Shown one piece after another: positions 21,808 to 36,800 of a DNA stretch of 64,000 nt. The notes under the pieces were generated by a model. The model was not told the DNA's origin and made no database searches. It saw only the letters and a list, made by a program, of their open reading frames with translations. The position numbers and the translations under genes are program-made. The number at the start of each line of letters is the position of its first letter. The stretch's first letter is position 1. The stretch spans positions 489,751 to 553,750 of the forward strand of contig NW_003314339.1 in the NCBI RefSeq assembly GCF_000143415.4. Direction: 5' to 3'. This DNA comes from Selaginella moellendorffii. Its lineage: Eukaryota > Plantae > Lycopodiophyta.

Positions 21808-24800
21808 TGTAAGCGACAAAATTTTCCATTCTACTTTAGTCACTTAACCACACCTCCAACCACTTGGAGGAGTCTCACTCACAACCTCCGTAAGTCCTAT
21901 TTCAGACTTGGGCTTGCTAGCCCCGAGAATGGCATCCCCGCCACTCAACCTTTACACTCGATCCAAGTGCTCCACGTGTCCGATCCCATGACCGACACCC
22001 CAAGGTACCACCGACATATCCGCCCGTTACGCTAAGGCCATGCCCCTTTACCTTGGTCACACTAGTGGTCTAACACCACCAGCATCACAGTCCCCTCTCT
22101 CAAGGACTGGGCCATCCGTCCATGAGTGATCATTCCAGATCCCCTCCTTAGCATCCTTAGGATGCCCACAGACATGGGGAATAGCCTTCCCCAATATCCC
22201 TTTTCCGGTCTTCGCCAAGTCCCTTTCTGGCCATGGCCATGTTTGCCAACACTGCCACTGGATCAAAGCTCACAGGCCCGACCACTAAGTCCCACGGTCC
22301 TCTGGGACTTCCTCACCACACGACTGTATCCTTAGTCACTACATTAGAGGACTGCTCCTCTGCCTTTCCACAGTCTGGGCCTTCAGGACAACAGTTCGGA
22401 ACACCGTGGCCTTACGCAAGCCTCGGGGGTACTCTTCCTGCCTTTCGCCTTTAGGTGCTCTAGCCATGGGCTTAGAGCGAGGTTCCGTTGAGCCACACTA
22501 GGTATCCAAGTAGGTAGTGCCACCCACACTTGGACTGGGAGCATCGGCCAATCGATCTCCCGGGGGAACTAGAGCCGGCTCTTGAACACTTCACCAAGCT
22601 ACCCCACTTGTCGGTCCGTGTTCACTCTAGTCTTGGACTTCCCAGTGGGCAGCTCATCACCCAACATTGGGTCCAGCCTTCCTGGGCCAAACTGGCCTTT
22701 CCTGGCCAAACTGGCCTTTCCTGGCCAAACTGGCCTTTCCTGGCCAAACTGGCCTTTCCTGGCCAAACTGGCTCCACTGCAGTCCTCCCCCTACTATACT
22801 TTTGGAGCTCACCAAAGCCCCCAGGGTCTGGGAGATGAACGCTTTGGGCTTTCACCCTCTCAGACTCGGACACAGACTCGGACTCGGACTCGGACTCGGA
22901 CTCGGACTCGGACTCGAACTCGGACTCGGACTCGGACTTGGACTCGGATTCGGACTCGGACTCGGACTCGGACTCGGGCTCGGTCTCGGCCTCGGCCTTG
23001 GTCTCAGTCTCGGTCCCGATCTCGGTCTCGGTCTCGGTCCCGGTCTCGGTCTTGGTCCCGGTCTTGGTCCCGGTCTCGGTCCCGGTCTCGGTCTTGACTT
23101 CGGACTCCACCTCGGGTCCATCTCGGACTCCATCTCGGACTCCATCTCGGGTCCATCTCGGACACTTCTACGTGTCATGTGTTGGTTCTTTTGGGTCCCT
23201 TTTTGGAGCCTCGCTTATTGCTCGCTTTGTTCTCATTCCTCGAGCACTTCGTTAGGAGTTCCACTCCCACTCTCGACCTTTCAAGTCGGAGCTTTTGGCC
23301 CAAAGTTCGATGTCCTCATCAAACGGTAAACCCTTTCATAAAGTAACACCCACACTTTCCATCCTTGGCACCTAGCCAATCTTTGTCTATGGTTTGACAC
23401 CAAAGGCTCACCATGCCTTGTCCATCCTCTAAGGAGCGTAGTCTCTCCAACTTAGAGACTGATTGGACCACATGTAATGGTTCTCTCCTTTTATTGGTTT
23501 AGTTCTCGCTAAACCTCTTAGAGGCCCCTCTCTAAGTCAATCCCACTACTCCTTCTCGAGTAGTCTCAATTTCCATCTATTGAACATTTGCACCTTGGAA
23601 CTTTTACTCTTTTGACTTTTTGGAGGTCAATTTCCTAGGTGTCTCCAACACTTTGCTTTGCACAGATTGTGCAACTCCACTTCCCCATCCTAGGAAGTTC
23701 GTTACTTGAGGGCACCATCATCCTCTCTTCTATTTCGTGCCACCTTGGGCACTAAGTTCCATTTATCACACTTTGTGCTAGGGTTGTCCATGGCCCTATC
23801 ATTTGGCTACCTTACCGCTCCCTCCTTTGGAGCTTTGCACTTTCGCCAAATCGGAGCAATTCAGAATCCCTCCTTGGAAACACACTTTCTTTCCCGCAAT
23901 TTGTTAGCGTCCAACACATTAGTGTTCCTCGCCTAACTTTGTCACTTGGATTCCTTCCAAGGGATTCCACGGCCCTATCTTGGCCACTCATCTTTTGCTC
24001 CTATCCGTTGATTATTGCACCAAGCAACATCGAATCTCTACCTCCCTCGAGGTATTCTTTTGATTCCATAGCAAAGGCTTTGCTTTGCCAAGACTAGGGT
24101 CTTCACCCCTAGTAAGTCTGGGGTGTTCACTCCATCTCGGACTCCATCTCGGGTCTATCTCGGACTCCACCTCGGGTCCATCTCGGACTCCATCTCGGAC
24201 TCCATCTCGGGTCCATCTCGGACTCCACCTCGGGTCCATCTCAGACTCCACCTCGGGTCCATCTCGGACTCCACCTCGGACTCCATCTCGGACTCCATCT
24301 CAGGTCCATCTCGGGTCCATCTCGGACTCCATCTCGGACTCCATCTCGGGTCCATCTCGGACTCCATCTCGGACTCCATCTCGGGTCCATCTCGGACACT
24401 TCTACGTGTTATGTGTTGGTCCTTTTGGGTCCCTTTTTGGAGCCTCGCTTATTGCTCGCTTTGTGCTCATTCCTCGAGCACTTCGTTAGGAGTTCCACTC
24501 CCACTCTCGACCTTTCAAGTCAGAGCTTTTGGCCCAAATGTGTTACACTCGTTTGGCTTTCGCTTCGGTGAAACGTGTATGTACATTCCCCAATGTCCCG
24601 TAGGGACTAATACAAAAACTGGGCATGCTGCCCAAATCTCCAACGAACCTCCTTGTGATCTCCTCTACCAAAACATGGTATCCATGCTTTCTGCCACTCC
24701 TCGAGCCTCTCGAGCTTCCCCCTATCCCGGAGGATAGCATGGTGAAGCCGTACTGCCGCCAGTGTAAGTCTCCACCACTCCGCTTGGCTTTCGCTTCGGC

Positions 24801-27800
24801 CACTACCATGTGGCACCCTTTTGGCTCCACTTTGGGGCCTAGGGATTTTGTGTCTCATAACTCCACCACCCATCGACGAAGTTCGATGTCCTCATCGAAC
24901 GATGAACTATTTTATAAAGTAATACTAGCTTGTATTACACTTTCCATCCTTGCCACCTCGCCAATATTCGTCAATGGTTTCACCAAAGGCTCACCATGAT
25001 TTGTTCATCCTCTAAGGAGCATAGTCTCTCCAACTTAGAGACTCATTCGACCACTTGTGGTGGTCCTCTCTTCTTATTGGTTGAGTTCTTGCTAAACATG
25101 TTAGAGACACCTTCTCTAACTCAATCCCGCTACTCATTCTTGAGTAGTCTCAATTTCCACCGATATAACCCTTGCACTTTGGAATTTTTAATTCTGACTT
25201 CTTGAAGTCAATTTCCTGGATGTCTTTGACACCTTGCATTGCTTATACTGTGCAACTCCACTTCCCCATCCTAGGAAGTCCGGGCAACATCATCCTCTCT
25301 TCATTATCATAATTTGTGCTAGGGCTAATTTGTTATCATAATTTGTGCTAGGGCTGTCCACGGCCCTATATTTTGGCTACTTTGCCGCTCCCTCACTTGG
25401 AGCTTTCACTTCGCCACATTGGAGCACTTACAAATCCATCCTTGGAAGTCCACTTCCTTTCCACAAGCCGTTAGCATCAAACACATTAGTGTTCCTTGGC
25501 TAACTTTGCCATTTGGATCCCTTCTATTAAATTCCATAGCCCAAACTTGGCCACTAGTCCTTTGCTTTTATCCTTGATTGTTGCACTCAGCAACACAGGA
25601 TCGCTACCTCCATTTTCGAGGTATCCCTTCGGTTCCATAGCAAAGACTCTTCTTTGCCAAGTCCGGAGGATGTTCACCCCTAGTACGTCTCTTTAGCATC
25701 TTCTGCTATGGGCTCTATCCACGGCCCAACTTCGTGACCCTCCCATGGGTCTCTTATAGAGACTACTTTCCTCGAACTCATTATGCCATCGTACGGACAC
25801 AATTTATTTCCCTTAAGTGCTCTTCCCACTTGGTCATCATGACCAAGCCACACCATCTTAAATAGTTCAAATCAACATTTTGAACCAGGAACTTCCTTCC
25901 TTAGCCAACCAAGGAACTTGTCCTTATTTGGCCATAAGATCATCTAGTGATCTCACCTTGGCACCTTAAAAGAGTTGCCAAGAGGTACTTGGTCTTCTAG
26001 ACCTTCAAGTTGTTGACCATAACCTTAGGGGCATCCCTCACACTTGGTGGTGCACCCAAGCTAGCCCTTACAGCCAAGGGTTCATAACAACTGAGATTAG
26101 GTGTCCCCATCTCACTCACCACATCCTTGGTGCCACTTGCACCAAAGCGTTCAAATTAGATATGTCAAGCTTTCACACTAAGCAATCTAACCGTGCATCA
26201 CGACTCCGAGGCATCCCTCGCTTGGCGGTGTGCCCAAACCAGTCTCCCCACTGAGAGTCCATGACCACCGAAATATGAGTGTCCTCATATTCCAAACCAT
26301 CACCATGCCCTAGTGAGTTGGGACTCGAACCCAAGCACTAGAGGGTCGGGACTCGAACCCAACCTCCATATATGCATCTACGGACAGCATCACCTAGGAC
26401 TTAGGAACTTAGGAACCTAGTTCCTCCGCACTGCCAAGTCCTCTCACTTGACATATCTGTGATCATGCATGGACTCCTCCATGCTTGGCCCCATGGGCCA
26501 CCCCTTTGAAGTTGGCTCCTTCAACTAGGGTATTCATTCCCCCGACTTGCCAATCTCACTTATCAAGTCATCCGGCCACCGTAACATGGTTCATGCATAA
26601 GTGTGAAAGTCCTTAACCATTGACTTTCGTTCAAAGCCCTCTCTTTGAACACTCGGGAACTACTTCCCCAATCTTGATAGCCTCGCCTCATGGCAAGCTT
26701 CAAGACCATGCTTCTGTTGTGCCACTCTAATTTCGTGCGTTCTATGAACCATTTACACTTGACTTTCTAGGTATCCAGCTACCTAGAATTGTCTTTGGGA
26801 ACCTTTCGAAGGAACTCTTCCTTTAGTTTGCTAAGGCCTCTCCTTTCGCAAGCTTTCCAATTGCTATATAGTCTAACATGGACAATCCCATGTTTTTGAC
26901 TCTCCATGGTATCCTAGTAACAATATGCTTGAGCGCCCATTTGATTCTCCACTCCCAACTTGCATAACCACCCTTGGCCACGCTTGTCAATTCCTATGGT
27001 TCAGTTCTATCCCTTTACTACTTGCCTTTTGGCCTCATACATTTCCTTCGGTCATTCTCCTCCAAACTAGGAAGATAGCTTTGCACTTTCTACCATGTTT
27101 TGGCAAGTATTCATGGGGATGAACCTACCTGACAGCCTAGGAGTGGTTCCTCAATCCGGGTTTCCTCACCTTGTAATCCCATACCCTAGGATTACTGTTG
27201 CTACTTATGGGCCTTTATATGCCAATCCCTAACCTTGCCAAAATCCCTTTTTCGCTTTGTCCAATTCGGGTAGATGGACTTTTCTTGTCTCCGCAACCTT
27301 GGACATTTGGATAGCACCTCTTATCCATCATTCGCTAGGGACTTTGTCCCTTGGGCATTGTCCATTGCCCTCACGACACCAAACAACACCTTTTGGTGTT
27401 CTAGAGTGTCTGGGTGTCCCAATGATGGCCTCTCTGACAATGAGCATTCTCTTTTCGACATTAACTTACTATATCGCAACATAAGCAATTTATCCCTTAT
27501 AAGGGTATATCTAACTTCTTTATCCCAATAAGAAGTCTTAGGTAGTTGCCTTTTACCAGTTTAACGAATTATTTTACACCTTTTGCTTAGTTGCCTCATA
27601 GTTGTCAAGTCCTACAACTCATTACTGGTGCTTCCACACCTCCATCATTATCTGAATCACCACACTCTAACTGCATGCATTCTAACTTAGGCTATGCCAT
27701 TCCCATTTCCATTGGGATTCATTTGGACGGGGTTCTCATGAACCTGCCAACTTGACCTCAAGGCAGCACGCCTTGGCACCTTCGGTGTCTCCACACCATC

Positions 27801-30332
27801 GGCTCCACGAGCCTACATTTATGACACTTCTTACTTGTGTCTAAGTCATTTTGCCAAGACCAATATGGTTGTTTCTTATGCCAATTATCCATTAGCATTG
27901 CACCATAGTGTTTGCACCCAACTCTGGGCCAAAGTTGCTTTCTTTTGGGAAATTCTTTCCCATGACTTTAGCATGGCACATTCTGCCATCAATGAGATAC
28001 CTACTGTTCTCATCCTTGGATCTTATGATCCTCCCCATACCTCATGGGGCACCATACACCTCAGTCCAAATGCTTCAACCAATCCCTTAGGGCCATTCCC
28101 TGACTCCACTTGAGTCATCCAGCATTTTAGACTTTGCTAATCTAACAACCTGCGAGGTCTTGGTCTTCGAGGTGCCAACTCGCTAGAATACAACTTTTCT
28201 TGTATTCAAGTCCTACTCACAAGGACCATCTTTGCAAGTGTTACTCCGACACTTGATTTGTTCTCTTGGGGCAACCTTTTGCCCCTTAAGACCATTTGTC
28301 CATGAGATAAGAATACCAACTCATCCTCTGAGTACACCCCCAACTCCTTGGGTTGTTCCAACATTTATTAGAGGTAGCCCCGGCTACCATTTCAAGGACT
28401 TGTGTCCTCTTCTGTATTTAACCTCCCATGGTCATCAATTCTGGTCTCAAAGTTATGAGCACCAGCCTCAACTATATGAGGGTAATCTTGTGACTCTTTT
28501 ATTATTTTCGAGTCTACATCTTCCCCGTGATCCCAACTATAGTTGTTTATCACAACTATGTTAGCCCGTTTGCTGCGTCAAACGCTCATCTGGATCACAT
28601 CCTCAGCTCTCTGAGGAAACCCTTATACTGTTCCCAAGATCCCAAAGGCGTTCCATTATTGGCCCTTTTTCTATCCACCACATTGTGCCCAAGTTCACGC
28701 GTGAACTTGAGTGGAGAGCCATGTCCTCTCGACATGATACTCCTCAAGGACAGGCCCACTCCTAGGACCTTCCGATGCCAACATCAATGGTGATATACTT
28801 GAGCACCAATAAAAGTCAGACTAAGGAACAGCTCCGATACCAAGTTGTAAGCGAATAATTTTTCCATTCTACTTTAGTCACTTAACCGCACTTCTGACCA
28901 CTTGGAGGAGTCTCATTCACAACCTCCATAAGTCCCATTCAGAACTTATGGCTTGCTAGCCCCGCGAATGGCATCCATGCCACTCAACTTTTGCACTTGG
29001 CCCAAGTGCTCCACGTGTCTGATCCCATGACCGACACCCCAAGGTACCACTGACATACCAGCCCGTTACGCTAGGCCATGCCCATTCACCTTGGTCACAT
29101 CGGTGGTCCAACACCACCTGCATTACAATCCCGTCTCTCAAAGACTAGGCCATCCATTCATGAGTGGCTATCCCAGATCCACTCCATAGCATCCTCAAGA
29201 TGCCTGCAGACATGGGGAATAGCCTTCCCCAATGTCTCCTTTCCGGTCCCCGCCAAGTCCCTTCCTATCCATGGCCGTATTCACCAATACTGCCATTGGA
29301 TCAAGGCCCACAGGCCCGACCACTAAGTCCAACTGTCCTTTAGGACTTCCTTACTATGTGATTGTGTCCCTTGTCACCACACTAGAGGGCTACTCCTCTT
29401 CCTTTCCACAGTCTGGGACTTTGGGCCAACATTTCGGAACACCATGGCCTTACGCAAGCCTCATGGGTACTCTCCCCACCTCTTACATTTTGGTGCTCTA
29501 GCCATGGGCTTAGAGCGAGGTTCCGTTGAGCCACACTAGGTATCCAAGTAGGTAGTGCCACCCACACTTGGACTGGGAGCATCGGCCAGTCGATCTCCCA
29601 GGGGAACTAGAGCCGGCTCTTGAACACTTCACCAAGCTACCCCACTTGTCGGTCTATGTTCACTCTAGTCTTGGACTTCATAGTGGGCAGCTCATCACCC
29701 AACACTGGGTCCAGCCTTCCTGGGCCAAACTGGCCTTTCCTGGCCAAACTGGCTCCACTGTAGTGCTCCCCCTACTATACTTTTGGAGCTCACCAAACCC
29801 CCCAGGGTCTGGGAGACGAACGCTTTGGGCTTTCACCCTCTCAGACTCGAACTCGGACTCGGACTTGGACTCGGGCTCGGGCTCGGACTCGGACTCGGGC
29901 TTGGTCTTGGGCTCGGCCTCGGTCTCGGTCTCGGGCCCGATCTCGGTCTCGACATCGGACTCCATCTCGGGTCCATCTCGGACTCCATCTCGGACTCCAT
30001 CTCGGGTCCATTTCAGACTCCATCTCGAACTCTATCTCGGGTCCATCTGCAACTCCATCTCGGGTCCATCTCGGACTCCATCTCGGGTCCATCTTGGACT
30101 CCATCTCGGGTCCTTTGCGGACTCCATCTTGGACTCCATCTCGGGTCTAGCTCGGACTCCATCTCGGACTCCACCTCGGGTCCATCTCGGGTCCACATCG
30201 GACTTTATCTCGGACTCCACTTCGGACTCCACTTCGGACCCCAACTCAGGTCCATCTCGGACATTTCCACATCTCGTGTGGTTGTCCTTTTGGGTCCCTT
30301 TTTGGAGCCTCGCTTATTGTTCGCTTCGTGCT
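21808..30332 (-). mobile_element. Rearranged tandem LTR-A structure: LTR, partial internal region, partial LTR, internal region, LTR
   Basis: LTR segments at 21808-~23303, ~24130-24859 and 28846-~30332; PBS complement GCTCCGATACCA at ~28832-28843; PPT complement CTCCACCACCC at ~24861. Confidence 0.85.
24569..24783 (-). mobile_element. 5'-truncated, internally deleted LINE 3' end inserted in an LTR-A copy
   Basis: Reverse complement matches 58214-58569 minus ~140 bp; 16-bp TSD TTGGCTTTCGCTTCGG at 24553-24568 and 24784-24799. Confidence 0.9.
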
Positions 30333-30833
30333 TGTTGGGACATTCCGAGGACCTATGCCCCGACTCTCCACAATGGAAGCAATGACCCACACTACCCGTT
30401 CCGCTAGGAGCAGGTTTTGCAAGTTGCTACTGCTTGTACCCACTAGGAGGAGGAATAGAGGGCCTAGGACCAGAAGAAGTTGCTGGTGGTCTCCAACCAC
30501 CATCACCTTTGTTAACCATTGCTTGTGAGCCTCCAGAGTGGAACTTGCCTTTCACCCTCTATTTCCGATCACCTTGTTTATTCCCAAAATTCCTATTCTT
30601 ATCCGAGTTACCAGCATACGGTTGCTAATATTGTTCCATGAGCGAGTGACTAAAGGCAGCTTGCTGCGTTGCCTCCTTACACTCTAGGTATGTTTTCGGT
30701 TTAAACTTCAAAATCTCATTGCGAGAAAATGAACTTAAACCCTCCAGAAAATAACTCCTAGCATCTTCGTCACTCATATTTGCAATCATAATGCGCTTCT
30801 AAGCAAACACATTAACGTAATGCATGAGATCCC
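30333..30833 (-). pseudogene. gag: 3' half of a gypsy gag gene (zinc knuckle) split by the LTR-A element
   Basis: CFHCGESGHRSSECP; joins 38345-39142 across TSD ATCCC. Confidence 0.8.
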
Positions 30834-33800
30834 TGTAAGCGACTAAATTTTCCATTCTACTTTAGTCACTTAACCACACCTCTGACCACTTGGAGGAGTC
30901 TCATTCACAACCTCCATAAGTCCAATCCAGGACTTGAGACTTGCTAGCCCCGAGAATGGCATCCATGCCACTCAACATTTGCACTTGGTCCAAGTGCTCC
31001 ACGTGTCCGATCCCATGACCGACACTCAAAGGTACCACCGACATGGCAGCTTGATACGCTAAGGCCATGCCCAATCACCTTTGCCACACTGGTAGTCCAA
31101 TACCACTTGCATCACAGTCTTGGCTCTCCAAGACCAGGCAAACCATCCGTGAGTGGTCATCTCAGATCCACTCCTTAGCATCCTTAGGATGCCCACCAAC
31201 AACGGGAATAGCCTTCCCCAATATCCCTCTGTCAGTCCCCACTAAGTCCCTTCCTGCCCCTGGCCGTGTTTGCCAACACTGCCACTGGATCGAAACCCAC
31301 AAGCCCGACCACTAAGTCCCACGGTCCTCTAGGACTTCCTCACCACACGACTGTGTCCTTGGTCACTACCCCAGAGGACTGCTCCTCTTCCTTTCCACAG
31401 TCTGGGCCTTTGGGACAACATTTCGGAACACCGTGGCCTTACGCGAGCCACCTGGGTACTCTCCTCGCCTTCTGCCCTTGGGTGCTCTAGCCATGGGCTT
31501 AGAGCGGGTTCCGTTGAGCCACACCAGGTATCCAAGTAGGTAGTGCCACCCACACTTGGACTGGGAGCATCGGCCAGTCGATCTCCCGGGGGAACTAGAG
31601 CCGGCTCTTGAACACTTCACCAAGCTATCCCGCTTGTCGGGCTGTGTTCACTCTAGTCTTGGACTTCCCAGTTGGCAGCTCATCACCCAACACTGGGTTC
31701 GGCCCTTCTGGGCCAAACTGGCCTTTCCTGGCCAAACTGGCTCCACTGCAGTCCTCCCCCTACTATACTTTTGGAGCTCACCAAACCCCCCNNNNNNNNN
31801 NNNNNNNNNNNNNNNNNNNNNNNNNNNNNNNNNNNNNNNNNNNNNNNNNNNNNNNNNNNNNNNNNNNNNNNNNNNNNNNNNNNNNNNNNNNTCACCCTCT
31901 CAGACTCGAACTCGGACTCGGACTCAGGACTCACTCGGACACTCGGACTCGGGCTCGGTCTCGGGCTCGGGCTCAATCTCGGCCTCGGCCTCGGTCTCGT
32001 TCTTGGTCCCGATCTCGGTCTCGGTCTCGGTCTTGGTCTCGGTCTCGGTCCCGGTCTCGGTCTCGACTTCGGACTCCATCTCAGACTCCATCTCGGACTC
32101 CATCTCGGGTCCATCTCGGACTCCATCTCGGGTCCATCTCGGACTCCATTTCGGGTCCATCTCGGACTCCATCTCGGGTCCGTCTCGGACTCCATCTCGG
32201 ACTCCATTTCAGGTCCATCTCGGGTCCACCTCGGACTCCATTTCGGACTCCATTTCGGGTCCATCTCGGGTCCACCTCGGACTCCATCTCGGACTCCATC
32301 TCGGGTCCATCTCGGACTCCACTTCGGGCTCCAACTCGGGTCCATCTCAGACTCCACTTCGGACTCCAACTCGGTTCCATCTTGGACTCCACTTCGGACT
32401 CCAACTCGAGTCCATCTCGGACTCCACTTCGGACTCCAACTCGAGTCCATCTCGGACACTTCCACGTGTCATGTGTTGGTCCTTTTGGGTCCCTTTTTGG
32501 AGCGTCGCTTTTTGCTCGCTTCGTGCTCGTTCCTCGAGCACTTCGTTGGGAGTTCCACTCCCGCTCTTGACTTTTCAAGTCGGAGCTTTTGGTCCAAACG
32601 TGTTACGCTCGTTTGGCTCTCGCTTCAGCCACTACCACGTGGCACCCTTTCCGGCTCCACTTTGGGGCCTAAGGATTTTGTGTCTCACAACTCCACCACC
32701 CATAGACGAAGTTCGATGTCCTCATCGAACGGTAAACCATTTTGTAAAGTAACTCTCGCATGTGTTACTATTTCCATCCTTGGCACCTAGCCAATATTTG
32801 TCAATGGTTTGACATTGAAGGCTCACCATGCCTTTTGCATATGCCTCAATGGTTTGACACCAAAGGCTCACCATGCCTTGCCTATCCTCTAAGGAGGGTA
32901 GTCTCTCCAACTTAGAGACTGATTGGACCACATGTAGTGGTTCTCTCCTTTTATTGGTTTAGTTCTTGCTAAACCTCTTTGCGACCCTTCTCTAAGTCAA
33001 TCCCACTACTCCTTCTCGAATAGTCTCAATTTCCATCTATTGAATGTTTGCACCTTGGAACTTTTACTCTTTTGACTTTTGGAAGTCAATTTCCTATGTG
33101 TCTCCAACACCTTGCATTGCACAGATTTTGCAACTCCACTTCCCTATCCTAGGAAGTTCATTACTTGAGGGCACCATCATCCTCTCTTCTATTTCGTGCC
33201 ACCTTGGGCACTAAGTTCCATTTATCACACTTTGTGCTAGGGTTGTCCATCGCCCTATCATTTGGCTACCTTACCGCTCCCTCCCTTGGAGCTTCCACTT
33301 TCTCCAAATCGGAGCAATTCAGAATCCATCCTTGGAAACACGCTTCCTTTCCCGCAATTTGTTAGCGTCCAACACATTAGTGTTCCTCGCCTAACTTTGT
33401 CACTTGGATTCCTTCCAAGGAATTCCACGGCCCTATCTTGGCCACTCATCTTTTGCTCCTATCCATTGATTGTTGACCTTGACCAAGCCACACCATCATC
33501 AATAGTTCAAATCAACACTTTGAACTAGAAACCTTATTCCTTAACCCAAACAAAGACCTTGTCCTTATTTAACCACAAGATCACCTAGTGATCTCACCTC
33601 GGCACCTTAACAGGTTTGCCAATAGGTACTAGGTCTTCCAGACCTTTAACTTGTTAACTACGACCCCGGGGGCATCCCCCACACTTGGCGGTGCGCCCAA
33701 GCCAGCCCTTCCGGCCAAGGGTCCATAGCAACTGAGATTAGGTGTCCCCATCTCACTCACCACGTCCTTGGTGCCACTTGCACCAAAGCGTTCAAGTTAG

Positions 33801-36800
33801 ATATGCCGAGCTTTCACATTAAGCAATCTAACCGTGCATCACGACTCCGAGGCATCCCTCGCTTGGCGGTGTGCCCAAACCAGTCTCCCCACTGAGAGTC
33901 CATGACCACCGAAATATGAGTGTCCTCATATTCCAAACCATCACCACGCCCTAGTGATTTGGGACTCGAACCCAAGCACTAGAGGGTCGGGACTCAAACC
34001 CAACCTCCGTATATGCATCTACGGACGGCATCACACAAGATGCCTGGCGTGACTCCCCACGCCGGTGCACCAACTTATTTTTAAAGCGCGCTACAGATCA
34101 CAGCTTAGGAACCTAGTTCCCCCACACTGCCAAGTCCTCTCACTTGACATATCTGTGATCATGCATGGGCTCCTCCATGCTTGGCCCCATGGGCTACCCT
34201 TTTTGAAGTTAGCACCTTCAACTAGGGTATTTTTTCCCCCCAAATTGCCAATCTCACTTAGCAAGTCATCCGGCCACCGTAACATGGCTCATGCATAAGC
34301 GTGGAAGTCCTTAACCATCAACTTTCGTTCAAAGCCCTCTCTTTGAACACTCGGGAACTACTTCCCTAACCTTGACAGCCTTGCCTCATGGCAAGATTCA
34401 AGACCACGCTTCTGCTGCGCCACTCTGATTTCGCGCGTTCTATGAACCATTTACACTTGGCCTTTCTAGGCACTAAGCTACGTAGAATTGTCTTTGGGAA
34501 CCTTGAAGGAACTCTGTCCCTTAACTTGCTAAGGCCTCCCTTTTTGCAAGCTTTCCAATTGCCATATAGTCTAACATGGACAATTCCATATTTTAGACTC
34601 TCCATGGTATCACGGTTGCTAGCGGCAACACCCTTGAGCCCCCACTTGATTCTCCACTCCCACCTGGCATAACCAACCTTGGTTATGCCCTTCGATTTCT
34701 ATGGTTCAATTCCATCCCAATACTACTTGCCTTTTGGCCCCATATGTTTCCTTTGGTTATTCTCCTCCAGACCAGGAGGATAGCTTTGCACTTTCTATCA
34801 TGCCTTATCAAGTATTCTTAGGGATGAACCTACCCAATAGCCCAAGGAGTGGTTCCTCAATCCGGGTATGCTCACCTTATAATCCCACACACTGGGATTA
34901 CATTGTTGCTTATGGGCCTTTACATGCCCATCACTAGCCTTGCCAAAATTCCATTCTTGGCTTTGTCCAACTCGGGTAGACAGTCCTCTCCTGTCTCCGC
35001 AACCTTGGACATTTGGATAGCACCTTCTATCCATCATTCGCTAGGGACTTAGTCCCTTGGGCTTTATCCATTGCCCTCGCGACATCAAACACCACCTTCT
35101 GGTGTTCTAGAGTGTTCGGGTGTCCCAATGATGGCTTTCTTGACAATGAGTATTTCTTTTTATGACATTGACTTACTATATCACAACACAAGCAACTTAT
35201 CCCCCGTAAAGGTGTATCCGACTTCCCTATGCTATTAAGAAGTTTTGGGTAGCTACCTTCTACCCGTTCAACCAGTTATTTTGCACCTCTTGCTTAGTTG
35301 CCTCATAGTTGTCAAGTCCTACAACTCATTATTTGGTTCTTTCACACCTCCATCATTATCTGGGTCACCGCACTCCAACTGCATGCTCTGCAGCTTAGGC
35401 TATGCCATTCCCATTTCCATTGGGATTCCTTTGGCAAGGGGTTCTCATGAACCCACCAACATAGCCTCAAAGTATCACACCTTGGCACATTTGGTGTCTC
35501 CACACCATCGGCTCCACGAGCCTACCTCTATGACATTTCCCCTTCGTGTTTATGTCTTTGCCAAGACCAACACCGCTCTTTCTCATGCCAACCATCCGTT
35601 AGCACTGCATCATAGAGGTCACACACAACTTTGTGTCAAAGTTGTTTTCTTCTGGGAACACCTTTCCCATAACTTTAGCATGGCACATTTTGCCATCGAT
35701 GAGATACCCTCTGTTCTCATCCTTGGATCCTATGATCCCCTCCCATCCTCTGTGGGGTACAACACACCTCAGTCCAAATGCTTCCATCAGTCCTTTTAGG
35801 ACCATCCCTTGACTCTACTTGAGTCATCAGCAGTTTTGGACTTGGTTAATCCACAGACCCGTAAGGTCCTACTTGTGAGGCACTAGCTCACTAGAATACA
35901 CTTCTTGCATTACTGTCCTACTCAAAAGGACTATTTTCACAAGTGTTACTCCGACACTTGATTTTGTTCTCTGGGGGCAACTTTTGCCCCTTAGGACTAC
36001 TTGTCCATGCGATGAGAATACCACTCATCTCTAAGTACACCCCCCAACTCCTTGGGTTGTTCCAGCATTTATTAAAGGTAGCCCCGGCTACCATTTCAAG
36101 AACTTGAGTCCTCTTCCGTATTTGACCTCCCACGGTCATTACCTCTGGTCTCACATTCATGAGCACCAACCTCAACTATATGAGGATAATCTTGTGACTC
36201 CTTTATTGTTTTGGAGTCTTTATCTTTCCCGTGATCCCAACTTTAGTTGTTTACCACAACAACCTTAGCCAATTTGCTGAGACAAATGCTCATCCGGATC
36301 ACATCCTCAACTCAATAAGGAAAACCTTGCACTGTTCCCAAGATCCCAAAGTCGTTCCATTATTGGCCCTTTTCTATCCACCACCTCGTCTACAAGTTCA
36401 CACATGAACTGTAATGGAGAGCCATGTCTTCCCGACTTGCTACTCCTCAAGGTTAGGCCCACTCCTCGGACCTTCCGATGCCAACACTAGTGGTGATATA
36501 CTTGAGCACCAATAAAAGTCGAACTAAGGAACAGCTCCGACACCAAATTGTAAGTGACTAAATTTTCCATTCTACTTTAGTCACTTAACCACACCTCTGA
36601 CCACTTGGAGGAGTCTCATTCACAACCTCCATAAGTCCAATCCAGGACTTGAGACTTGCTAGCCCCGAGAATGGCATCCAAATCACTCCACATTTGCACT
36701 TGGTCCAAGTGCTCCACGTGTCCGATCCCATGACCGACACTCAAAGGTACCACCGACATAGCAGCCCGTTACGCTAAGGCCATGCCCAATCACCTTTGCC